This document shows, piece after piece, positions 1 through 12,200 of a stretch of 64,000 nt of DNA. Position numbers and translations under genes: made by a program. Every line of letters begins with the position of its first letter. Position 1 is the first letter of the stretch. Source of the DNA: a virus. Below the pieces are notes generated by a model. That model ran no database searches. It saw only the letters and a program-made list of their open reading frames with translations, and was not told the DNA's origin. Location of the stretch: positions 32,317 to 96,316 of the IMG/VR virus record IMGVR_UViG_3300020048_000068. The stretch is one strand, 5' to 3'.

Positions 1-2791
1 TCAATAATAATTCTGCTAATTGAGGAATCATGTTTTCATCTTTAGCTGCACTTAAAAAAGTACCCATTATCTGACTACTATCTTTAGTTGGTTTTTTTAA
101 TCGTTCTTCCGTTATACCTTTTGGAAACTCTATTTTCATAGTTTGTATTTGAGGCAAATTATTAAATAAATCCATTATAATAGGAGTCATTTTACTCTTT
201 ATACTAATGATTGCAGCTTGAGATTTATTTGTGCAATCAACAATTAAATTATATAATGCTTGATCTGAATCTTTAGATATAGTTCTAATCTGTTCACTTG
301 TAAAAACAGGATTGTTATCTATATTACCTAAATCTTTATAAAATTCAGCAATAGCTAATCCTTCGTTTAATTTATCTTCGTTATCTGACTTAGATAACTC
401 CATCATTCTATTTATATCTTGTTCTAAATATTCAGTAATACTAGTTTCTTTATGAATATTAATTAATTCTTGAATTTGCTGAATAATACCTTTAATATCT
501 TTATTACCGTGTAATTGAGTTATTATATCAGTACGAGTCTTATTTAAGTTAGCTCTTTCTTCACCAGTAAGATTAGATAAATTCAATCTTGAATCATAAG
601 ATGCTAATCTTTCTTCATAAAAACTCTTTATACTCTTTTTTTGTGCTATTAATTTAAGAGTATTAAACGATTCTGCTGGTGTAACTTGAGCATTAGGATC
701 AAGATTAGGATCATAAATTTCATATGGTTCTTCATCAGTTATAGGATAAGCATAAACAGGATGTAATTTCTGAGAGTTAATTTGATTCATAACTATTTGA
801 TTGACTATATAATTACCATCTCTAACTTCAATTAATGATCCTCTTATCTGATAATTATTTATATAATCAGCATTTAACTTTCCTATTTCCTCTATACTTT
901 TTCCTTCTATTAATTCATCTAATAAAGAAACACTAAGTAATCCTTTATGTAAATCTTCTTTCTTGAATACATTTCTTATTTCATCTTTATCGTTAGTAAA
1001 TACTGGTATATTATTTTGTATACTTATAATAGGTTCTTCACTATCATCTAGTATAGGATTCCAATCTTTAAACTCTTTAGTCTTAGTATTTAAATACACT
1101 TGTTCAGCAATATCTTTAGTAGTATAATCTAATAATGTTTTAAATAAATAACTTGGTCTTACATCACCATTTTCAGTAACAACATTAGGTATTAATTGAT
1201 CTTCAAAAGATTTACTTGTAACATCTTTATATGTAGAAGTATTTTTTGTTCTATCAAAATTAAAATGTCTAAAACCTGTGATTTCAGCAAATTTACCATC
1301 TATTTTAGTATTAAAAGGTACATAATTTGCAAAATCTCTTATATCTTTAGGTCTACCCATTTTTAATTTAGCAACAAAGATACTTTGCCAATCTTGAAAA
1401 CCTTTTTCATTCTTGTCAAGAACTTCATCTTTTACTATAAACAAATCTATAATATAATCATCTATTTTACCTGTTATGGTATATTCACCTTTTACAACAC
1501 CTTTAAATATATTGGTAATTTTATAGTTAGGATATTTCTTTTTTATCTTTTCTAAAAATGATAAATTGTTATTTTTAATTTTATTTGATATTATCTTATT
1601 TACATTAGTAAAAATATACATAGTATCTTCATTTACTAAACTAGTAAGTAATTTACTATCATTTTCAGTAAGTACAGTTTGCACAACTGTAAAATCTAAA
1701 TCATGTAAATCTTCTTCAGACGATCTATATAAACTACCTTGTTTTCTAATTGCCAAACTACCAGTAAGTATTATTCCTAAATCTTGAAAATCATCAATTA
1801 TAGTTTTAGCTTTTGGATCAACAACTATAGTTTTATTATAATTAGTTAACTGTTGTTCTGATGATAAATTTGTATTAAACTTATTCATGTTTTGTTCAAG
1901 AACACTATTTGCTATATCATCTAGTAAGTTCTTATACTCTTGATTAGATAGATGACTATTTGAAAATAAATTTTTAATAAATCTACTTATCTTACTAAGA
2001 ATATATTTAACTTTCTTCTCTAATTTACTATTACCTTTAATAGTCCAATAATCAGCTTCTCTATTTTGATAACTATCTTTAGGTATTTCATAATTAGATT
2101 TAATAGCATCTGCAAGAAACTCTATAACTATAAGTTCTTTAATTTTATAATCACTTAATTGAGGACTTCTTATTTTGTACTTACTAAATATAAGATCGTA
2201 GTTATCCATACTTTCTACAGAATGGATAAGATCAGTACGTATTTTATTTTTCTTTCCTAAAAAACTATACGCTACATAAGCAGTTTCTTTTAACAAACCT
2301 TCTTCCTTAGAATTATTTTTTACAAGTATTGCTTTGTATATAAGGTCGGTTAAACTAGTAGGATTGTATAAAGATGAATCTTTTAAGTCATTTTTAAATT
2401 CTGTAGTAAAATTAAGTTTGTTTAAAAATCCAACAAGTTTTTCAGACAATTCACTTTCAACACCTTGATCATTAATTTTTTCATTAATAACTTCTTCTTT
2501 AACTTCTAATTTAGGTTCAATACCAGATTCTAACCAACTATTTTTACCTTCTAAATAGTAAGATGCTTTCTCTCTAAGGGTAGTAAGAATTAATTCTTCA
2601 CCTTTATAACCTAAGTTCTTATTCTTATTAAGAATATCATTATATAGGGTACTAACCTGCCCGTTAGGTGTAAAATCTAAAGAATTACCTTTATTTTTAT
2701 ACCACACTAATGTAGCAATATCAATATTTGTTGCTTTTTCAAGAAGTTTCCATTCTTTTACATTTTTATTCGGGCAGTATGTAGTTGACAT
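1..2791 (-). CDS. Giant virion cargo / polyvalent protein, N-terminal ~930 aa (runs off the window start); contains a Pol-beta-type nucleotidyltransferase domain
   Basis: Not in the ORF track, presumably because there is no stop in the window. ATG at 2791 (MSTTYCPNKNVKEWKLLE...); frame open in the stretches I translated. Motifs IILTGSLAIRKQG..LHDLDF, IIDLF and AKLKMGRPKDIRD. Follows the vRNAP and ferritin genes. Confidence 0.8.
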   Translation of the reverse strand, partial: MSTTYCPNKNVKEWKLLEKATNIDIATLVWYKNKGNSLDFTPNGQVSTLYNDILNKNKNLGYKGEELILTTLREKASYYLEGKNSWLESGIEPKLEVKEEVINEKINDQGVESELSEKLVGFLNKLNFTTEFKNDLKDSSLYNPTSLTDLIYKAILVKNNSKEEGLLKETAYVAYSFLGKKNKIRTDLIHSVESMDNYDLIFSKYKIRSPQLSDYKIKELIVIEFLADAIKSNYEIPKDSYQNREADYWTIKGNSKLEKKVKYILSKISRFIKNLFSNSHLSNQEYKNLLDDIANSVLEQNMNKFNTNLSSEQQLTNYNKTIVVDPKAKTIIDDFQDLGIILTGSLAIRKQGSLYRSSEEDLHDLDFTVVQTVLTENDSKLLTSLVNEDTMYIFTNVNKIISNKIKNNNLSFLEKIKKKYPNYKITNIFKGVVKGEYTITGKIDDYIIDLFIVKDEVLDKNEKGFQDWQSIFVAKLKMGRPKDIRDFANYVPFNTKIDGKFAEITGFRHFNFDRTKNTSTYKDVTSKSFEDQLIPNVVTENGDVRPSYLFKTLLDYTTKDIAEQVYLNTKTKEFKDWNPILDDSEEPIISIQNNIPVFTNDKDEIRNVFKKEDLHKGLLSVSLLDELIEGKSIEEIGKLNADYINNYQIRGSLIEVRDGNYIVNQIVMNQINSQKLHPVYAYPITDEEPYEIYDPNLDPNAQVTPAESFNTLKLIAQKKSIKSFYEERLASYDSRLNLSNLTGEERANLNKTRTDIITQLHGNKDIKGIIQQIQELINIHKETSITEYLEQDINRMMELSKSDNEDKLNEGLAIAEFYKDLGNIDNNPVFTSEQIRTISKDSDQALYNLIVDCTNKSQAAIISIKSKMTPIIMDLFNNLPQIQTMKIEFPKGITEERLKKPTKDSSQIMGTFLSAAKDENMIPQLAELLL

Positions 2792-2803
2792 ATATTTGTT
2801 TTA

Positions 2804-3289
2804 TTAAATTGAAATTTCTTTATCAAGAAGTTGTAAAGATACTTTAGAACCATCATAAAATGTTTTAAGTAGATTACATAAGTGATCAACTTTTTCTATT
2901 TCTTCTATTTGTTCATGCACATACCACATACCTAAATCAAATACCATGAAATTACCTGTAGTCTGACCAGCTAATGCTAATTCCTCACATTGTTTAGTAA
3001 TTATAAGTTCGTGTTCATAACTCCTTTTAATGATAGAAGGTAAGTCTTTAAACTCTGTATCTACACTTTGTATAGTTCTAATATCAGGCATAATACTAAA
3101 AGATAACAAGAAATCATAAGCCTTTTTAGCATGTACAAGTTCTTCTTCAGCATACTTTTTCCATAATGAAGAAGAATTATATCCTTCATTATCTAACCAT
3201 ACACTCATTGCATAATATAATCGTGAACTATATTCTTCAAAGTTAATTCTATAATTAATTAACTCTATTAATTTATCATTTGGTTTCAT
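2804..3289 (-). CDS. Non-haem ferritin (FtnA-like)
   Basis: 161 aa with the ferroxidase pattern INFEEYSSRLY, AEEELVHA, YEHELIIT, YVHEQIEE and C-terminal LQLLDKEI. Confidence 0.9.
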   Translation of the reverse strand: MKPNDKLIELINYRINFEEYSSRLYYAMSVWLDNEGYNSSSLWKKYAEEELVHAKKAYDFLLSFSIMPDIRTIQSVDTEFKDLPSIIKRSYEHELIITKQCEELALAGQTTGNFMVFDLGMWYVHEQIEEIEKVDHLCNLLKTFYDGSKVSLQLLDKEISI

Positions 3290-3295
3290 GTGATT

Positions 3296-6200
3296 TTATG
3301 AGTTTGGGTTACATATTTTATTGATTTCATCAAGTTCTTTTTGTTCAATTGGTGATAAATGTATTTCAGGTTTAGCTAATTTTAATATAGCTATTCTATT
3401 TCCATTATTATTAGACCAATTCATCATATTACCCGTTTTAATAGAAATAATATCATTATTATCATATACACCATATTGTTGATTTGCATAAGTAATAATA
3501 GTAGCTCTCTTTTCTTTAATCGCCATATTAAATAGGATTTTATTTCTATCTATACTATTTGTTTTAAATACTTCAATACCTTTCTTATTAAATATTTGTT
3601 CACCTTTAACCGTATAAGTTTGTTGAATTTTTCCTTTAGGTGTATAAGTAATCACTCTATCAATCTGTTCTAAAGTTTTTAAATCGTTACTAATAGGAGT
3701 AATAGGTTTAACACTAGCAACTGGTTGAGTAGGTTTAAGTTCACCTTTAACCATAGATTCAAGACCCATTGATTCACGTTTGACATCTATTGCTACCATT
3801 ATATTTTTAATAGTATGACTAGTAATATTATTACCAGCTAATGAATTAAAGAATTTCTTTACGATATCTATGAATTTATCATACAAATTCATTGTACTTG
3901 TATATGGTGCTTTAGCTAAATATTGTTGAATACCTTTATGTGATGATATTTCACTTATAAATTCATGTATATCACTTGCTGCATTAGTATAATGATTATC
4001 ATACACAAATTTATGGCTTTTTATTTTATTTCTATCCTTTAACTCTACTTTAGCTTTATTATATAAGACAGAAAGTTCTCTCATATAATCAGGTATTTTA
4101 ATTCCTTCTTTTAGTTTACTATTTTCATCAAAGTATTTACTAATATCTTCAGATAATAAACCATGTACTACTTCATGTAAATATATTCTACTTCCTTCTT
4201 CTACATCTTTATCTACAACAGGTTTATTTAAACTAATAGTATTATTTTCAGTATCGAATTTACCTCCAACACGCACACCATCAATTACTACTTCTCCTTT
4301 AGATTCTACTTTTATATCTTTAAGTAAAGGTAAAGCATATTGTTTTAAGAAGGCAACTACTTCTTTATTTTCATCTTCTATATTGACATCTTTAATAATA
4401 CTACTCATAATAGTATCATGATTATTAGAACTAAAAGGAATTGGTTCTATATTAAGAGCGTCAGATTTAATATTTTCTACTAAATCGTTATTAAATAAAT
4501 CATTAATAGCTGGATCAAAATTGTTATTATCATTATCGTTATTGACAATACTTGAGTATATAAAATCTTCATTACTTGAGTTATATTCAGCAATATTTCT
4601 ATTACCTAGTACCGGTATTCTATGATATACTCCATTTAAATCTGTTTTTAAATAGATAAAAAATTTATCTGGTTGTTTTTTTCCTTTATCGTCTTTAATT
4701 GATTTTAATTTAACTGAAAACATCGTTGGATAATTTTCTTTATTAGGAATATAAATAACAGGCTTACCATTAGTAACAAGAACATTGTCAGCATTTATAT
4801 ATTTCTTTTTAGGAAGTGTTTCAGGATGATGTTGTTTGTATTGAATAAAAATTTTACTTTGTCTTTTTTCAGATAAACCAAATATATTTTTTTTGTAGTT
4901 TTTATTAATAATAGCAACTTCCTCTCTAGATTTATGTAAATAAGTATCAATATTCCTAACTACTTCTGTAAACTTTAAATCTAATAATAACACAGGTATA
5001 AATTTACCAAATTCAGTAGCTTGTTGTATACCTCCTTTCAAATAATTATACGCTAATAGATCAAATAATAAGTTATGTGTCGTATAAGGTTTACCATTAC
5101 GAGGTTCTAATAATACAGGATCAGAAGTTACTTCTTCTTTTCCATTTACTAAACTAATATTAGTTGTTAATAATGAAAGTAATGCTTTATACATACCTTT
5201 TTCACTAACACCTTCTGCTTGTTTATTATTGAATATGATTAACGAAGGTGTTCCATCTACTTTTAATTCATAATTAAAACTACGAATCAGATCATTTTTA
5301 ATTACTAATTCATGAGTTGCTCTTTCTAAATAAGTAGGTAATGACTCATTATTTTTAGAATCAATAAATAAATCTCTCCTATTTTGTTCAGTAGTATTGG
5401 TACTATTATTAGTAAACAGTAATGTATTACGACTAAAAATAAACTTTTTAGTTTCTATAATCATATCCTGTTTATCTTTAACAGTTAACTCTTTATCTCC
5501 ACCAATTTCTTTAAGTATATCTACTAATGTATCTGTTTGATAAGGGAATAACTTTAACCATTTATTCTTGCTTTCTTCTAATCCTGTCTCAATATAATGT
5601 TGAGGCAAATTGTTATTAGTTAATAGTATACTTGCGTTTCTTATTTTAAATATGTTAAATTTATCTTCTTTAATAACATCAATTCTCTCAAGCATATCAA
5701 CAGTATCAAGTAATGATTTACCTAATCCTTTAGCGTTGATTTTAGTAGGTGATTGAATTTTTCTTTGTACTTCACCAAAAGTTTTAAGTTTTAAAAATAA
5801 ATCTAAACACATTTGTTGATAGTTATTATCAACATCTGTAGATTCAATATTTCTTGCAAACTGAGCATTGGTTAAATTAATACCCTTATGTGAAACTGGT
5901 CTACGTCTTCCATCTTCGTAAAATTTTTCATTGTAAACATAATATTTATCAAGTAAGTCATTTACGACACTTTGATCTTTATCTTCTACATATTCAGAAA
6001 GATTAGATGATAATTTCATCATCATTTTTACATAATCTTTAATAATAGGTTGATTGAGTAATAAAAATGAGATACTGTTTATTTTATTTTTACCTAAATT
6101 TACCGTTTCTCCTTTATCCATATTCATATTAGCCATTATAACATCAGCGTCAAACGTATACTTATTAATATTGACATCTCCCATTATATTAGCAGTACCG

Positions 6201-9200
6201 TTATCAACAGCAAAGTTCTGTCTTTCACCTAATACTTCAAGAACATTCCTACTTTGTCCTTCTTCTCTAATTTTACCTAATTTACCATCAAATATTTTAC
6301 CGTCAATCTCTACTTCAAATAGTTCATCACCCATAGTTAATTCTAATTGATGTTCTGGATCAGTAATAGCAATTTGTTCCATCAATGCTTGCATAATTAA
6401 AGCATTTGAATAAACTGCTGTACCTAGCTTACCAGAAGCATTTTTTAACATTGCTTGTTTTTGGTATTCATCAGATAAAAATGTTTTAGACCAACGACTA
6501 GCTTTAGCATTAGTTTGTTTAATGGCTTTTGATTGTTCTTTAGCATCATCAATAGATAAAATTACATGAGTCATTGTTTTAACAGTATCGTGGGAAAGAA
6601 TACTTCTATCTAATTCAACCATTAAGTTATTAATAACTTTCTCTTTAATATCATTTAATTCATCTTTTGTTTTACCTTCGGCAATTTTTAATTGTTCATC
6701 AATGGTTTTAATTTCATATTTACGGTGTAAAGGAACTATTTTACCGTATTGATCTTGATATGTCCAATAATGATAAGTATTCTCTTTATCTACATCAAAA
6801 TCAAGACCTTTCTGTGTAGTTTTATCTGGAGCAACTAACATTAAATCACCACATTCAAGAGGTAAGAATCCAACTATATCATCTAATGACATTGAACTAT
6901 GATTAGAAGTAGGAATACGTATAGAAATTAGTTTAAGTAATTCATCACTTATTTTATCTTTATTTAATTTCCTATAAGTAGAACCATCTTCTCTTTTTTC
7001 TTCTATACTATAGTCATCACTAGTTAAATCAATTAATTCATCATTATTATCTCTAAATTTAGATGATATAAGTACTTGATTTGTAGTTAAATGATCAATA
7101 GGTTTATCCGCCCATACTATTCTTGAAGTATGTTCAAAGTCTTTAAATTTTCTAATACCTTTATCTTTATATCCAACACTACTACCAGCTACATAAGAGT
7201 AACCGGGCATCTTAAACTTAATAATATGTTTATTAATAATAGACTGAAGTAAAGATTCATATTTATCAGGATCAGGAGTTAACCATATAGGTATATTAAA
7301 TTCATAAGTACTATTTCCATTTTCATCAATAACTTCTTTTAAAGTAAGTGCTTCTACGTCCTGAATACCTTTATCTTTAGCTTCTTTTTTAAGAAGTTTT
7401 TCTATTTTTTCAATATTATCATACGTTTCATCAAATATTTTCTGTTTATGATTAAGTAATGTTCTTACTAACTCATTATTTATAGCTTGTATTTTTTTTC
7501 CTGAGTATGTTTTACCCTGATATTTAAATCCCTCTAATCCTGTTACTCCATTAGCAAGTTTAAGAACAGCCATCTGAGTCATATTAGATATAGTATCTTC
7601 ATCGTGTAATTCAGATTTAAAAGGAACATCTTGCTGTATTCTAAGATTACTTCTATTCAATATATGAGAATGATTAGCAATAACTTTATCAACAATTTCA
7701 TCATTAATTTCTCCTTTATCATCAAAGAAACTAACATCACCTTCATTAACGTAACCAGCAGTACCGTCTTTCTTTACCCAACTTAAAGGGTTTTTAACTG
7801 CACCTATTTTATTAGCAGATTGATATGATGCTCTTACAAACCTTTTTTCTTTCTTTTCAACAGCTTCCATAAGTCTTCTAAGATCATCAATTTCTAAACC
7901 AACAGTTACTTGTGGTATTAGAGGAATTGATGATGACTTTATGTATATGGGTCTAAGAATACCATATTTTTTATCAAAATACATACCACTATATACAGGT
8001 TTCATGGGTTGTAAAACCTTTCTTAATAACAACTTATCTTTTTCTGTTAAAGATCTATTTGATTTAAATAGTTCAATAGCATCTTCTTTGTCTTTTTCAG
8101 TAAAATCTACTTCCGAATCTGGTATCTTACCATATCTTACAAGTATATTTAGATGTTCTCCTGTTGTAGTATATTCCTGAGCATCAGTAGAATTATTATT
8201 ACCATAACCTTGAGCACCAAATTCACCTAATCTTACAATAAGTTCAGTAAGTTGAGTAGATGCACTTATTATATCTGCTAAATTAATTTGTGTGTATTCA
8301 TCTTTTTCAACACTATTGCTAATTTGATTACCGGGAGCAATTAAACTAGCAAGACGTTTGGTAATATTATCATAAGTAATATCAACAGTTTCATTAATAA
8401 CATGATCAGTTTCTTTATCTGTTAAATCAGCTAATACTTTACCTTGTGGAATTTTACCTTTTACGTAGAAAGCATTATCTAAATAGTAAAGTTTACCTAT
8501 TTCAGCATTAGTTAACATAGTATTAATTATATAATCATAAGCTACTAACTTACTAAGAACTACTTGATCATATTCTTTCTCTATATTTTCAAACTTAGTT
8601 TCTACATATTTGGTATCAAACTTATATTCACTATCTGTTGTAATACCTAATTCATTCCATATTTTTATCTTATCATTAACTAAAGAAGTAAATACCTTAT
8701 TTAATACTAAATCTGTTTTAGTTTTAATTTGCTCTTGTATTTCGGGAGTTATTATTCCTTTATTTCTTAAGTACTTAATTAATCTAACATCTTCTCCATT
8801 AACACTTATAGTTAGATAATTCATTTGAGGAAATTGATAAAATACAGACCCGTCATATCCGGCAATATTGTAATCAGGTTCTTTATTAAACTGTATAATT
8901 CTATTAAGTTCAGGAGTAATAAGTTGATCTCTTAAAATGTCTCTAAGATCATCCTTCATAGTAACCTCATTATTACTATCTATATCAAAATTTTGTTTTG
9001 TAAGATCTAATGCTACGGTTTTAATTCCATAAGTACTAGTTTTATCTGAAAATGAAGGAGGTAATATAGACGACATTCTTAAACCAAATCCTTTATATTT
9101 TTCAAATAATTTACCCTGAGATAAATCTTGGTGCATTCCTAAACCAAGCAATTCATGATCACCGTCTGATAAAGAAACAGTATCAGTATCTTGATAAGAT

Positions 9201-12200
9201 TTCTTAGTTCCAAATTTGATAGCTTCTTTACTTATATCAAATATTGAAAAACTATACTTGAAATTATCTGAAGTTTCTAATAATTCAAGAATCATAGAAT
9301 TTTTACTAAAAGTATCTTGTTTAAATAATTCTCTTACCTCACTCTTTTTTAAATTATTAGTTCTATCACGTAATAGATTACCTGCTGTATAACCAAACAA
9401 TGTTTTACCACCTTCTCTAGTAGAAGTAACTGGTCTCTTATGACTATAAATAGACTGTTTTTTAGCTATATTTTGAAAATCATATCCATTAAAAGTACTT
9501 TCGTTGAATGTAATCTCTTCACCTTTTAATATCTTATCAAATAAAGTAATTAATTGACCAAATATACTAGCTCTATCTAATTTTACCTGTAAATTTCCGT
9601 GTTTATCTTTCTTATTACTAAGAATTTTAGAAAATGGAACCTTAATTCCATTACTATTATAAAACTTATCCTCTACAAAAGATGTAAATAATTCAGGTGA
9701 TATATCAATACCTACTTTGTTTAACCAATTAATAAAAAGAGAACCGTCTTCTTTAAGGTCATTAGATGAATTAAGTAACTCATTATACTCTTTAACTAAT
9801 GTTCTTACTTTATCTACATCATAATTAGCATCGGTACTTGTTCCCAATCTTTCAGTAAGATTGTTTTTAATTTTACTAATCCATCCTTTTTTAATTTCAT
9901 TAGTAAGACTACTAAGATCGGTATCATACACTTTTAAATAATGCTTACCTTCATATTCATTAACAATTACCATCTTACTAATACGTCTATTATTAGTAAA
10001 AGCAACAGTAAAGTTATGTTGTAATTGTGTGAGTTCTTTGAAATTGTTGTTTTTTAATAACTTACCTACAACTGTATTATCTTGTTTTTTCTTATAGTCA
10101 TTTGTTTCTAGTTCATTAGTAAATTGTTTACCATCTTCTAACCATAACCAAGGTAAATTAGTAGCATTCTCTTTTAGAGCATTAATTTTACCTTCAAAAG
10201 TAATATCAGAACAGTTTTCCGAACAAGTTAATTCTAGTAATTTATTCCATATTTCATTTCTATCTACATATTTAGGTAAACCCAAGAAAATAGTAGTTGT
10301 ATTACCTTCACTATCTGTATCTAATTGACCAAATAAGAATCTTTTAAGTTTTTCTCCTACTTTCATAAAAGAATCTTTTTCAGCAGAATCTTTATCAAAA
10401 CTAAGTTGACCTGAATCTTCTTTATCTGAATCTTCTTCACCTACTTCTTTAATTGCTTTTTCTAAAACAAGATTATCAAAAATATCATTAATAAGAATAC
10501 TTGTATCAAGACTATCTATATCACTAAATAAATTATTTATTTTAGAACTAAGTAATTCATAATCATTAATTAATAATGATACATTTGGATACTTTTTTTT
10601 ATCAACTCTCTTTAAAGTTAAGTCATGTAATTCTACTATGTTAGCTTTATTATCTAAGTGTTCCTTTATATATTTTTGAATTTCTTCTTTTAAACTTTTT
10701 TTATTTTCTTTAATATTAAGATCATTATTTAATATTTTAGTATGAAATAAAGATGATATACTATTAACTAATTCTGTTTTTTCAACATCAGATATATTTG
10801 CAATACTTCTATTATATTCCCTAATTGATTCTAATGTAGTTAAGGGAGAAGGATGTACTTTTGGTTCAGTATCATTTAATATCTGATTAAGTACTTTTGC
10901 TTGTCTATAATCAGTTGAATACAGACCATTTATTGCATTAAAAGCATTAATAATAATATTTTTATCGTCATCATTAGTAAGTACTATTTCTTCTTTCTTA
11001 GTGTCTTTATTATTAGCTGGTGTTTTTAATGCTTCTTGTATAACATCTTTAGGTTTATGTACTACTTGATTACTTGTTATATCTACTTCAAGAATAGGTA
11101 TTATATTAGGAGTATAATATGGTTCTTCATTATCATTAGCTACATTAAAACTTTTAATATTATGTACAAGATTCTGTTCAATGTAATCTAAATAATTTTC
11201 ATATTCATCACTATTACTAAGAACACCATCTTTACTTACTAGTTTAATTTGTTTATTTAAACCAGTAATACCTTCCTTTGTTGTTAAGTTAAAAGGTAAT
11301 AAACTTATGTTAATAGGAAGTGTATCTAAGAATCTATAAATGATATCTTTACTAGCATTTAATTGATCAGGAGTTTGTTCAAAAAAGTTACTAGTAATAG
11401 TAGTATCTTGATTTTCTCCATTTTCGTCTACAGAACTAATAGTAACACCTTTGTTTTTTACTTTTATATCAAATTTTTCAACATACTCTTCTTTATTGAT
11501 TTTTACATAAGTTTGATAAAAATTCTTTATATAATTTTTAGCACCCTTCATTTCTGTAAAATTACCATCATCCTTCCCATATTCATTTGTCGATATATCA
11601 CTAATCTCTTTTATAAATGCTTTATCATTTCTATTGACGTTTGCTTTAACATATAAATACAACATATTTATAATACTGTCTTTTATTGCTGTACTATGTT
11701 TCTTAATAGTTGATGTTTGTACACCTGATACTTGATATATTATTTTATCATTTATTTTATTAACAGGCATAAAGTAAACGAAAGTAGCATCTTCATTAGA
11801 GATTTCTTCGGGTATATAATCAATTTCTTCAAGTTTATTAGTAACATTGTTATATACACGATATGTTCTTCTACCATCAAATGACTTATGATATATTCCA
11901 ATTTTAGGTCTATTATCTTCTATCTGAGGAATATTTTTTAAAGGAATAAACTCTTCTTTAGTTTTAATTTTAGCAGGATTAAAAGTACCATTTGATCTTT
12001 CTGTAATTACTAAATTAAGAGACCCTTTTTCTAAAACAATATTTCTATATGTTCTAGCAATATTCTTAAGTCCTTCTATATGTTGCTGATTCTCATTATT
12101 GTGTACAGGATTAAAATAATTTACATCATAAGCATACGTAGAACCATAACTTAAATCATGATCTCTATGTTGCATAATCATAGGTACAGTATCTTTATAC

